Below are positions 24,508 through 36,402 of a DNA stretch of 39,753 nucleotides, piece by piece. A program made the translations under genes and the position numbers. Source of the DNA: Octopus bimaculoides (taxonomy: Eukaryota); contig NC_068993.1 of assembly GCF_001194135.2 (NCBI RefSeq), positions 30,715,417-30,755,169 of the forward strand, in the 5' to 3' direction. The notes under the pieces are model-generated. The model saw only the letters and a list, made by a program, of their open reading frames with translations, was not told where the DNA came from and did not search any database. How positions within the stretch are numbered: position 1 is the first letter of the stretch; each line of letters begins with the position of its first letter.

Positions 24508-25148
24508 TATGAGGATGTACCAAAAGTGTAACTGGAAAGGTCTTTTGTAGGACAAGTTGCTAGAAGCCACTTGATGTGATCCTCAGGCGTCAGTATGTCA
24601 ACCAGCGCTTTCGAGTGAAGTCCTACTGTCACGTGGTATGTATTGTTGTGCAGTGTTTCTTCCGTGTTTGTCAATTTTTGCGATGGCTGAAACGAAGGAA
24701 AAGCGTGCTTCCGTGAAATTCTGTTCAAGAGAAAACGGCGGCCGAAACAAATTTTGAGCAAAGATTGGGAATGAAAGGACTGGCAACAACATTTCTGCCT
24801 CACTTGCTCACGGAAGATCAAAAGCAATCACGACTGAATGTGTGTCGTGAACTGAAAGAACAGTTGGAAATTATCCAGACCTATTTTCTAAGGTCATCAC
24901 TCCTCACGAAAACTGGTACTGCGGAATTTGAAGATATGGAAGAGGTGAAAAAAAAAAAACGATGGAGACGTGAAAAGGCATCACTTTGCAAAAGTTCCAG
25001 CACTGCTTCGAACAGTGGAAAATGCATCTGGACCGATGTATTGCTTCAAATGGAGAATACTTTGAAGGCGATAAAAATGTAAGCATATAAACCTAAGTGG
25101 ATAAAATAACGTTGCAAAATGTCGGTTTCTGTTAGGTGCCCCCTTGTA
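24508..25148 (+). mobile_element. Multiply deleted mariner element of a different subfamily
   Basis: MAETKEKRASVKFC, LGMKGLATTFLPHLLTEDQKQSRLNVCRELK, FQHCFEQWKMHLDRCIASNGEYFEGD. The catalytic core is largely missing and the TIRs are weak. Confidence 0.75.
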
Positions 25149-25227
25149 TCTATGTCAGTATTTATACATTTATGTAAGTGTTTGTGTGTATCTGTAGGTA
25201 AATGTACAAGTATGCCTGTGGATACGT

Positions 25228-25410
25228 GTATTGATATATATGTTTATGCACGTATGTTTATACGTGTATTGATATATATGTTTATGCACGTAAATCTATA
25301 TATATACATATTGATATACATACATATTGATATATAGACATACATATTGATATATATGTTTATATACATGCATATTGATATATATGTTTATGCACGTAAA
25401 TCTATATACA
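25228..25410. repeat. Minisatellite of TATTGATATATATGTTTATGCACGT-like units
   Basis: Three near-exact and several partial copies. Confidence 0.85.
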
Positions 25411-25436
25411 TACATGGCAATTTCAGTCTGTGGCTC

Positions 25437-26560
25437 TGTGTGTGTTTGTGAATTTCTTACTTTAACTCCTCTGAGACTATCCAACCGATCTAGATGAAAC
25501 TTGACTCATATGTGAGGTACTTACGCAGTTGGAATTTCCAAAAAATCGGTAATTTTTAATCAGCATTGATTTTTCAATAATCAGTAGGACATTTCAATGC
25601 AAATTCTCATATGAATGTTATTTTCTGCCATAACTTTTAAAGTTTTCAACTGATTTTCTTCAAATTTTATACACATATGAAATAAGCGTTAAGGATGTGT
25701 TGCGACGAATGAAGTTTTTACGCACATGCAAATAAATGACGACAACACAGGTTTGCTACCAGACTCTGGTCATTATTTCGTCGAATTGGTCCTACCCATT
25801 AATATAGATTTCCGTTTGACGAAAAATGCTGAAATTCGACGAAAACTGTTTCATGAGTATAAACAGACATATTATTAACGATAATCTCATTAGCACTTGC
25901 TAATTCTGCATTTCATTACGAATCGTTTTCATTTACTAAAACTTATTTCAATTCTTTGATTTAAATTCCCCAGCGTTTCAGGTTTTAAATACGTATGTGC
26001 ATTTTATTTCTCAAGCATTTTCTATTCAGTATTTCATGCATAACCATAGATATATACTGACAATCAAACTACATTTATATATACTACTACTTATATATAA
26101 TGTTTAAATTATCAGTATACCTCCTCTTAACTTCGAATACTTTTGGAGTTCGGATTTGCGTTAAGTTACTACACGAGCCTTGACTCATATAGAAGCTTCA
26201 TAATGTTATATCAGTCTTTTATGACAGGAGATATTCTCATGTGGGCCTCAAATTACTTGAGAAAGTTAGGACTTCTTATCCACCATTGGGTGTGGGTGTG
26301 TGTGTTTGTGAACTTGTGTGGGGAGCTTATGACCATGTGGTCACTTATGCAGATGGAATTTAAAACAAAGCAAAAATCGATATTGTTTAATCAGCATCAA
26401 TTTTTCAAAAATCAGTAGGATATTCCAATGCAAATTCTCATATGGTTGTTATTTTCTGTGCCATAACTTTTAAAGTTTTCAACCGATTTTCTTGAAATTT
26501 TTATATACCGATGAAATATGCGATAAGGATGAGTTGAAATAAATAAACTTTTACCTAGGC
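25437..26560. repeat. Two related dispersed repeat copies (~25437-25720 and ~26295-26560), possibly Helentron/MITE-derived
   Basis: Shared AATCAGTAGGA...CAATGCAAATTCTCATATG...TTATTTTCTG...CCATAACTTTTAAAGTTTTCAAC.GATTTTCTT.AAATTTT. A possible Helentron-like end (reverse complement TACTAACTGAGATACCTGG) lies near 27085-27122. Confidence 0.6.
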
Positions 26561-26676
26561 CACTCAAGCAAAGCGTAAGAGGATTTCTGATTAACTGATT
26601 AATGAAATTTGGCCTAACTTGCTGTGAAGTTAACATGTTCATCAATTATTTCAGCAGTCTCAGGTCGCTTTAAGAT

Positions 26677-26798
26677 GTATTTTCTTAACACCTGCACTTA
26701 AAATTATCGGTTCTAAACGTTGCAATGTTGTGTGCTAAAACATGTAACGTATTTTCTTAACACCTGCACTTAAAATTGTCGGTTCTAACCGTTGCAAT
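26677..26798. repeat. 50-bp direct duplication (period 72)
   Basis: GTATTTTCTTAACACCTGCACTTAAAATT.TCGGTTCTAA.CGTTGCAAT at 26677 and 26749. Confidence 0.9.
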
Positions 26799-27130
26799 CG
26801 ATATTTGATTCTCACGAGTGCCTTTTCTGTAAATAACTTTTTGCTTACTTTTCAAACTTTTATGTTTATTTTTCATAGAACACCTTTACTATTCCCTTCT
26901 TGATGTTTCCATTGATTATATACTTGCAGCTTCCACTCATCTGACCTAACGATTGTCATTTTCCGATTCCACACGTATTTATTTGTATTATTGTTTCGTG
27001 AATTAATATGCTTACGCCTTCTATTATCTGCCTATGTCTTGATTTCATTTTCCGTCAGAGAGAAATTAGAATATAGTGGGAATATCTCCGCTCCCGCTAT
27101 TACCAGGTATCTCAGTTAGTATATATATAT

Positions 27131-27165
<35 letters not shown>

Positions 27166-30100
27166 TGTATGTATGTATTATGTGTGTATGCTTGTACAGA
27201 TCCACGAATGTACGTATGAACATACATTTGTACATACTCATATTTATGCATATACACAACTACGCATGCACATGTGATTGCAACATCTGTATGTATATAT
27301 ATATATATATNNNNNNNNNNNNNNNNNNNNNNNNNNNNNNNNNNNNNNNNNNNNNNNNNNNNNNNNNNNNNNNNNNNNNNNNNNNNNNNNNNNNNNNNNN
27401 NNNNNNNNNNNNNNNNNNNNNNNNNNNNNNNNNNNNNNNNNNNNNNNNNNNNNNNNNNNNNNNNNNNNNNNNNNNNNNNNNNNNNNNNNNNNNNNNNNNN
27501 NNNNNNNNNNNNNNNNNNNNNNNNNNNNNNNNNNNNNNNNNNNNNNNNNNNNNNNNNNNNNNNNNNNNNNNNNNNNNNNNNNNNNNNNNNNNNNNNNNNN
27601 NNNNNNNNNNNNNNNNNNNNNNCAGGCACCGAGATGTCTGCGCTTGTACATCTGCTTTTTCGGTATTATTTAAATACAGAAAAGAAAAACTGATGTGAAC
27701 GTTGAATTCTGCAATGTGTTATTGTGTATAAAGAATTTGACACGCTTTACGTAATGCTTCCTTTATCATTTGTAGACATTTATAATTAATTCTTAGTTTA
27801 AGAATACACGACCTAAGTAAATTGTCAACATTGCATGAGAAACACGCATCTTTCCTTCTCTTATCTATTTGCCTTCTTTTATTTCCTATTCAATTTGATT
27901 TCTTCATTTTCTTTGTTACAACTTGTATTTTTTATCGCAAAACCATTTCCCCAAGTATTCATTGAAAATCAGTTTTGAACGACTCAGTGTTTCAATCATC
28001 TTGCGGAGGATTGCAAGTTCAGTAATTAATGTATAAACGTGAGATAAGTAGAATTTTAAGAATAAGACGAAATAAAAATTTCAAAAACTTTGTCAGTCTT
28101 TTACTGTCTATGTAAATATACAATAGATTTTAGTTTAATATTGTTGCGGTTGTGATGGTGGTGGGAAGCAGAAAAATGGCACAAGAGATATATGAACAAT
28201 TTCTATACGATGTTTAGTCCGTTCCATCTATGTTCAGAGTTCTTATACCACCAAAATTGTTAAAATGTATCTTTAAATTTTATTGCTCACTAAAATACCT
28301 CCGCTACTTTTTCTGTCGTCTCTGTTTATTTCTGAATGAGTATGTAATAAATGTACAGCACTGGCAACGACCTTATTTGCGTAACTATAGAAATAATATA
28401 ATACAACCTGTTTTCTGACGAACTGAAGACTTGGTTGATATTTCTAGTGCTCAAGTGACAAAGTAGAATCTTTCTTGTTTGTTTCTAAAACAATTTTGTT
28501 TCATATCATGAAAATAATATGCATTAGATATTCTATTGGCTCTTATTCTCTTTAATATTTAAAAAACTGAATACACATAGTTTGAAACTATGAAAAGACA
28601 CAAGATTACTTCATATGTCGTACGTTCTAACATACAGCTATTTTCGTTAACTTAGTCTCATATTTTCTCTGTGATGACTAGATCTTTTAGATCTTACTGA
28701 AAAGCTATCATGTAACGTTGGTTGTAATTTTCAAAATATTAAAGGAAAATTCTGGATTTTAGAATACACTAACACCCAAAAGCAAAACAGCAATTAAATA
28801 TTGTTATGCATTTAAATAGAAGGCCTATATTTACTGAAATTATCTTAGTCTTATACAGACGAAACTCATACAGAATATCCGTAATATTTTAAGTCATGGA
28901 TATATATATAGGACGTCTATAGATAAATTATGAATTGTTATGATGATGATTCTGTTCAGTCTGTTTACTAGACACTGGAGAAGGATGGTATCACTGATGG
29001 CTTGTGTAATCGAAGTATCGTTCGAGATACTTCTATACACAAGTACTCTACAATTACACGAAAATTTTCTCAATATATTTCTCAATATATTTTCTTTCAT
29101 AGAAATTACTACTGTATTAAATACTGCGTATTTGTTGAATAATATACAGTTTTAGGCCAATGAAATGGATGTGCCAATCCAGATCTTGGGATCCCTATTG
29201 TGAATCATCGTTATATTTTTTTCCAAAAATAGTTTACTTAGATCTTAGTTCTTGGCGATTGCTTAGATTTCTTGGATCTTAGTTCTTGGCCATTGCCGTC
29301 GCGAAACATATGTGCCAAGTTTTACCGTTTCAAACAACAACACGGAGAAGTCTTAAATAAACACCAACGTCTCAAACCTGAGCCAACAAAACGACCTTTC
29401 AGGGCACCGTATGATAACAAAGAGAAGCAACAAGCATGCAATACTCAAAAGCACATCCCACAAAAACTGTCAACTGTGACACTTGGCTGCATCCATTATG
29501 ACCCTCACTGAAGGTACGCGAAAATATCGAGCGGCTTTGTAGAAAATCATTATAATCAAACTGTAAAACTGCAAACTACGTATTGAACCATTATATAATG
29601 AATTGAGCTGTATGATTGCATTTCTATCGTTAGAGGTCGTATTTGTGAAACAATGGATGTGTGTAACTCATCAAGTCTAGTCAGTAGGAACATATGTCAT
29701 AAATAGGCTCAAATACTTCTCAAAACTATACTAATCTGTACATAGTCGATAATAACTTTTATGAAAAAATAACACTTATACTAGTTAAATAAAACGAAGA
29801 AATTTCAAGAAGAGGAGTGTGAAGATAATTCAGTTTTTTTTTTGGAGCAGAATAAATGATCCTAGAGCAAAGCAAGAGCAGGGCAGATTTGGATTAAGTA
29901 ACTTTTGTAAAAGAATGTAAAATCAGAAATGATATACATTTCCTCTATAACGACAACAATTTAAAAATAGATTTGAAATCAAAGTCGCTTATCTCTCAAC
30001 CTAAAGCGATCGACATACAATGCCGTAAGAAATACAGAACTGTAGTAATAATTTAAAATGTTATCAAATATCTCAAACACAATTTCTATTACATCCAGCT

Positions 30101-30987
30101 GTCTGTTATCGATTCAAAGTTGGATAAGTAAGGTGGAATAATCTCAAGATATTTTTCCTTGCAGCAATATTCTTTTCTGTTGAATAATAGCTCTAAAATA
30201 TCTAGCTATTTACATCAACATTGCTTAGTTTAGATGGATCGTAAATTAACGACAATCGTTCAGAGATTGAAACAACGTTTACACGTTAGAAGTTACTGTA
30301 CTGTCTCATCAAGAAGAATAAACTCTATGTTAAATGGGCCTTTGATAAAATTATTGTCCAGTTTGAAAGATATCTTAGATGTATGGAATCAGATGAGAAA
30401 AAACAAACTTATTTGTATTAAGTCATGAAGATTTGGCACTCGGGTTCAACGCAGAAATAGATATTACAAAAGAGGAAACTGTCTTCAGTCAAAATGAATT
30501 TACTCTTCTCAAACAAATATGAAAATATTATAAAGTTCCTATCATTAGAGGAAAGGCTATTAGAAATGTTTTTGTGAAGAACTAAAGAGTGAAATCAATC
30601 GAACAACATTTTGTCATAGTTTTGCCGTGTTTTCTAAAACTAGAAACACTTTTTGAAGAATTCAGTTTCTACATTTCATATGGAAGAGTCTATCATGAAT
30701 AATTTGGACAAAATTTTAATTTCTTTATATATGTTGAAAAACTACGCCCCATGATTTTCTGGATTCTCGTGAATTTTGTTGAAAAACAAAAGGCCAAAGA
30801 AGAAAGCAGCATATTTGCCCCTGAAAAAAGTGGAGGGACTTTCAGTTTTCCCTCAAAAGAATGCTATACAAATTAGGGTGGGCGGTAGAGGTAACATGTG
30901 CCTTGGTCCTGTGAATCGGGTATTCAACAAGGATGGTTCCACAGCACGTGGAGACAGTAATACAAGGTCACGGCTAACATCGTTTCG

Positions 30988-31505
30988 TATTTATTTATTT
31001 ATTTATTTATTTATTTATGTGTTTCAGCCAAGTGGCTGCGGTCATGCTGGTGCACCACCGTAAAACGTAACCGACGTTTGTTGAACTTTGTCATAAATTT
31101 TGTGGTATAATATGGGTAGGTGTGAGAGCTTAAGACAGCAGAAATGGTATGTGGACGGGTGTGTAGCTACATGGATATGACGTTCCAAACACCATATGTA
31201 TATTCCGTTGCTGTTACCCTTCGAGATTGAAGGGAGAACGAAGCGAAACGAACATTGGAGAGAAGTTGAAATCGCAGCACTTACACATTTGGCAGTAAGA
31301 GTTGCTGAGATCTTCATGGAAGACTTGAAAGGCAGAGGAAGATTAAGAATAGCAGACAGCAGCAGAGCTAGCATCAACAGAAGTAGGACCCAGGTTCAAT
31401 TATTTTCGAAGATAGTTGGAACTGGGTCCTAGTACTGGTCTGATCATGACGGTGGTGAAGAGATGCTTCTTCTCCCTGCATCTAGAAACCGACCGCGAGT
31501 AACCG
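30988..31505 (-). mobile_element. Unclassified retroposon-like segment ending in a SINE-type 3' tail and (TAAA)n
   Basis: The minus strand ends GGTGGTGCACCAGCATGACCGCAGCCACTTGGCTGAAACAC(ATAA)n, similar to the tail at 38161-38217. The body is not recognised. Confidence 0.5.
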
Positions 31506-31507
31506 GC

Positions 31508-33670
31508 CCAAGTCCTTATAGCTCTTCTCTTCCATCTACTTCATAACCTCGGCCGTCGGTATCGTTACCCCGTACATACATTTGATTTTGTCTCTCTTCA
31601 AGACTAACACACCACACTTTCTCAGTCCGAACTCCATTCTGATATCAGCGCTGAATGTATACTCCGTATCATAAAGTTTGTGGTCATCCATGGTTGACTT
31701 TTTGTTGGCGGCTTTTGAATACACACCCAGAATTCGCTTTCTTCGGAATCAGTGTTAGTGGTATCAAGCACAGTACAAAGATAAGTGGGGACAGACAGTC
31801 ACCTTGCAAGATTTCTACTGTCCCTAAACTTCTTCCGTCCTCCAATTAGCCCTACTTTTTCCAAGCAATTGCTCAACATTCGATGCAATACCAAATAGGT
31901 TCATACACTCCATAATCCAAGAATGTGGGATCATATCGTACGCCTTACGATAGTCGATCCATGACATGGCTAAGTTACTTTTCCTCCTCTTGCAGTCTCT
32001 AAGTATCGTTTTGTCTATTAGGAGTTGATCTTTGGTACATCTGCACTTACGCTTGCATCCATTCTGCTAATGTTGCAGGACACCAGTTTTTCCAGATGTT
32101 CGTACATTGACTCAGCGAGTATTCCAGTTAATAAATTCCACATAAGTGGCAAACAGGATATCGGCCTGTAATTGTCTACCGTATTGGTTTTTACGATGTT
32201 TTTCAGGCACAGCACTGTCATACCCAATGTCAACCATTCTGGTGTTACTTGTTCGGCATTTAACAAGGTGTTCAGTTGCGCAGCTATTTATGCATGACAT
32301 TCACCAAATCTTTTGATCCAGTAGCCTTGAACTCCATCTGGTCCCGGGGCCTTCCAGTTGCTCATTTTTTTGCTGATTTCCTCCACTTCCCTAACTGATA
32401 TGACTAGTTCTGCCTGTTTTGGACAGACTACTGTTTGTTTCAGTTCAGTTCTTGCAACCATTCAGCGTCCTTCTTGTGCTCCTTGAATTTGCTCCAGATA
32501 TCACTCCAAAACCTTTGACTTTCAATGTTGTCTGGTATCAACTTTTCATCTGTACACCCTCCATTTATTTCTTTATAAAATCTAGTCTGAATAACCTATT
32601 CTAGTGGTAACCCTTCATTCTTTGATGTCCAAAGAATGAAGGGTTACCACCTTTGCTTTCTTTACAACGAGGCGCTGTTTCAGTTCCTCCATTACTACTT
32701 TCAGGCCCTTTTAATATTATACTTCTTTTTCAGCGCCCTCTATTTTTGTTCGCTTTTAAGCTCCACTTTCTCTTTTCGTGAGCATGTCTAACCCTGCCTG
32801 GTTTCTTCTTTTCCACTAGGGATCTTTTCTTTTGTCACTCCCATTATGTTTCTTTTTCTTGACATCAACACCCACATTTTTTGCTACAACAATACTTGCA
32901 GCCTTGATCAAATTACTTGTTTCTGTGATGTTGTTTGTTCTCATGTTTTTCAGAATTTCATTGATATTTTTCGTTTCTTGGTTCAATTTCCATCGATCAA
33001 CTTTATTAAGGTTGCAAATAATGTCGCTATCTTTCTCCTGTAGTCTTACCTTTATTCTGTCGTAGATTGCCTTTTGTTCATCTGTCATGTCGCCATTAGC
33101 TTTATTGCCTTCTTTTAGATCATCTATAGGTCTCTCATCAAGTCAACTACCACTGTTCCTTTCCTGTGCTATGTGTTTATTAGTAAGAACTGTATTTTTA
33201 TTGTTATCTCTGCTGCTATTTTCCATGACCCGTCTACTTTTGTGCACCGACAAGTTTTTTGTTATTGCTCTAGCTTGATCACATAGTCTCTGTTTCGTGA
33301 GTTGAAACAATCCCTTTTCTCTCCAATGATCATACATACGTTATTGGTAACCCCTAATTTGTGCACCATTTTCATCTACTGGGCTGCTAAGGTGGTAACA
33401 CTCCATGACCACAGCATTAATTTGCTTGCTGCATCTACGCCGTGTGTGGTGATCCCTTTCTGGATATCGACAGGCTGGAGCCGGACCAGAATCTCTGAAC
33501 CTGCCGGGTACAACAATGTTACCATCAATGGCTTCAGTTTCATTGCCACCGTTATTCACAATATTTTGTTGTTTCATTGTCACTCATATGAAGTAATTAC
33601 GAGTGTTTTTATTGTGGCACCATCACTAGATGTATCATTAATCAGCCCATGAGGAGGCTCCACTCTATTC
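31508..33670 (-). mobile_element. R4/Dong-like non-LTR retrotransposon, 5' region plus RT, 3'-truncated and decayed
   Basis: INAVVMECYHLS.P...[74 protein letters not shown], .DDHKLY, MEFGLRKC, EEKSYKDL. Confidence 0.92.
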
Positions 33671-33693
33671 CTTTCATTATTATTATTATTATT

Positions 33694-34248
33694 GAGTGAG
33701 AGAGCAAAGCATGCCATCAAAGTGACACTGGGGTAAAATATACGAAGCCCATTATACCCCTCATGACTACCCGTCTGATAAGGGTACACCAGGCACATGC
33801 ATCACAACCATATGTACGTGACATGGTCATCTCATATCAAGATAAACAGCGCATGACCTTACAGGTGGGGGCCTAGTTAGAATTTTCTTCAGGTCGAGTA
33901 GCCCATCCCGCTCAAAAGGTCCCTGAATAAGGTTTGTTTAATGATGTTGGGCAAAACACCCATGTTTCCAAAGGTGAATTTTTCAAACCCCAAAGAATTC
34001 CTCTCAACACATGACCATGATGCTCCCCCACTACTTCTGCTCATGATGAGAGATGCACATATCATCAGCCACCAAGGAACATGCTCAACTGGTTAAGGTC
34101 AAACAACTGACAAGCAAATCTGTGGTATTGAGCAGAATATTTGCTGTAGCCCATCTTTTATACCAAGACAAATCAATGTACATGATAACACTTCCAATCA
34201 ATTAAGATCAGAGGTCATGAGAGCCACTGCCTGGTACTGCATCCGAGC

Positions 34249-34250
<2 letters not shown>
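33694..34250 (-). mobile_element. ~555-bp non-coding interspersed element flanked by (TAA)n on both sides
   Basis: Sharp boundaries at (ATT)n tracts 33676-33693 and 34251-34282; no ORF. I recall it as a common octopus repeat (unverified). Orientation is inferred from the tail. Confidence 0.6.
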
Positions 34251-34284
<34 letters not shown>

Positions 34285-34725
34285 CAACACTGATATCATT
34301 AATATTATTGTCTTTATGTGTAGTAGCAGTAGTGGTTGCAGCAGCAGTAGCAGGTAGTGGTAAGGGTGGTAGTTGGGCCTCAGATTCTTGTGCTATCATA
34401 ATAGTAGTAATTGTAGTATTAGTAATATTTAGTATCAACAGCTACAGCATATTATTATTTTTATTTTTATCATTATCACCATGACCAATAGTTGGGTAGC
34501 AGTTTGGTGAACAGATCATACACTACAGGTCTATAAATAGATTCGGCAGATGGTTGAGAGGTCAGCCATAGAGACAGAGGAATCTTCGCACCTTTTGGGT
34601 CAGCAGAGGTCAGATGTATTTACTACTACCATTGACCGCTGAGAGCGCTGCCTTGAAAAGAAGGAATTCAAGCTGTTCTATTTGTAATTACAGGTAGAAA
34701 AAACAATAATAATAACATATATATC

Positions 34726-34762
<37 letters not shown>

Positions 34763-35325
34763 AGACACACACACAGACACACACACAGACACACAGACAC
34801 ACNNNNNNNNNNTGCTATAAAATGTATGTTTACGTATTTGGGTAGTATATTAAATGTTTTTAAGTTGTCTTGAGATATTCATTTTTCTGTCTAGTTGGAG
34901 AATACAATAAGAATTTTGCAATGAAAAGGATGTTTACATTTTCGAATACTCAGGGAGAGTCAAAAAGAAAAGAAAACAAGTTGTAGATAGTAAAATTTTA
35001 AGATTTACTAAATATGGTCTTTTGTATGACCACACAGAGTGAAATGGCAGTATTCTTAGAACAAAAAGAAGGATGATGTTTACCTTTTCGAATACTCAGG
35101 GAGAGAGGAAAGGATAAGTATTCACACAATAGTTGTATATAATAAAGTCCTTTTTTTAAAGCTGATCGTTTGTGTGTTCGAAAGCTGTAGGTATGTAAGT
35201 TTCCTAACGTATTTTATTTTGGGGGAGATGTAAATTATTCACAGGAAATTGTAGATATTCCAGTCTCTGGGAATAGTAGGAGGAAGAGATGTTCACCTTG
35301 TTGGATTTTTGAATTTCTGAATTTC

Positions 35326-35392
35326 TTTTTCTTTTTCTTCTGGAACTTTTCTTTTTCTTCTGGAACTTTTCTTTTTCTTCTGGAACTTTTCT
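35326..35392. repeat. 20-bp tandem repeat, about three copies (TTTTCTTTTTCTTCTGGAAC)
   Basis: Direct reading. Confidence 0.9.
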
Positions 35393-35464
35393 TTCTTTTT
35401 AAAAGTTTTGCTGTGGTTTACAATTTTTGTAGTTGTGCTGTATGTATATATTGGCGGGTGTTTA

Positions 35465-35923
35465 CTTCCTGAATTTATTATTATTATTATTATTATCATT
35501 GTTGTTGTTGTTATTATTATCATATATACTCAACAGATTAGACTTTTGGGAAAGGAAAGAATCCCAATATCGGGCTACAACAAGTAGTCTTAGATGCAAA
35601 AATCCTCCTATTGAGTTACAGCAAGTAACCTTAATCTTAGATGCCAAGAATCATCCTAAATATCCTAGCTGTTTCCATAATAACACTGTTTTCTGGAGCT
35701 TTACTAAATTGGCTTTTATGCCTATTTCCTCTATCCAACTGTTCAGGTCGTTAGGGATTGTTCCCAATACACCTATAACTACTGGGATACATGTTCCCGC
35801 ACTTTCCATAGTCTCTGTAATTCAATAGCCAGGTCCTGGTACTTATTTTTCTATACCTCTTATATTAATTTTTTTCATTTGGGACTGTAAAGTCAATTAT
35901 CTGGCGCTTTCTATCTTCTTTGT

Positions 35924-35999
<76 letters not shown>

Positions 36000-36019
36000 A
36001 GCTGCTACTGCTGCTGCTG

Positions 36020-36091
<72 letters not shown>

Positions 36092-36215
36092 AATCAGGCC
36101 TTCTAGCTTCTATTACTCTCTCAGTCTGAATGTTAAAGTCCACAACATCTTGTATTTCTTACTTTCAAGTACTTTACTAGTTTCATATTCATGCCATTTA
36201 TCAGTATGTTCAAAT
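35465..36215 (-). mobile_element. 3' end of an R4/Dong-like retrotransposon (REL nuclease, 3' UTR, (TAA)n tail)
   Basis: DFNIQTERVIEARRPDL[V/A run]DKEDRKRQIIDFTVP, KYQDLAIELQRLWKV, IPVVIGVLGTIP, LQKTVL...ARIFRMILGI*, then a TAA/CAA-rich tail. Confidence 0.92.
35925..36089. repeat. Compound (TAC)n-(TGC)n-(TAC)n microsatellite inside the REL nuclease coding sequence
   Basis: 55 in-frame Val/Ala codons between RPDL and DKEDR. Confidence 0.97.
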
Positions 36216-36328
36216 CCTAGCTAACTTACTGTTGTACTCTTACATATCTCTGTTGCATTACATTGAGAAAAGTCACTCGAGTGTTAGCCAGACGCCTGCA
36301 CGCACACACGCGCGCGCCCATACGTGTT

Positions 36329-36402
<74 letters not shown>

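Noticed and set aside
26677-26798. CRISPR-like repeat-spacer pattern (also 35326-35392)
   Set aside because: Only two or three copies, a eukaryotic context and no cas genes; these are simple duplications.
30890-30960. 'SGIQQG' as an RT motif
   Set aside because: It is an isolated six-residue match with no supporting context.
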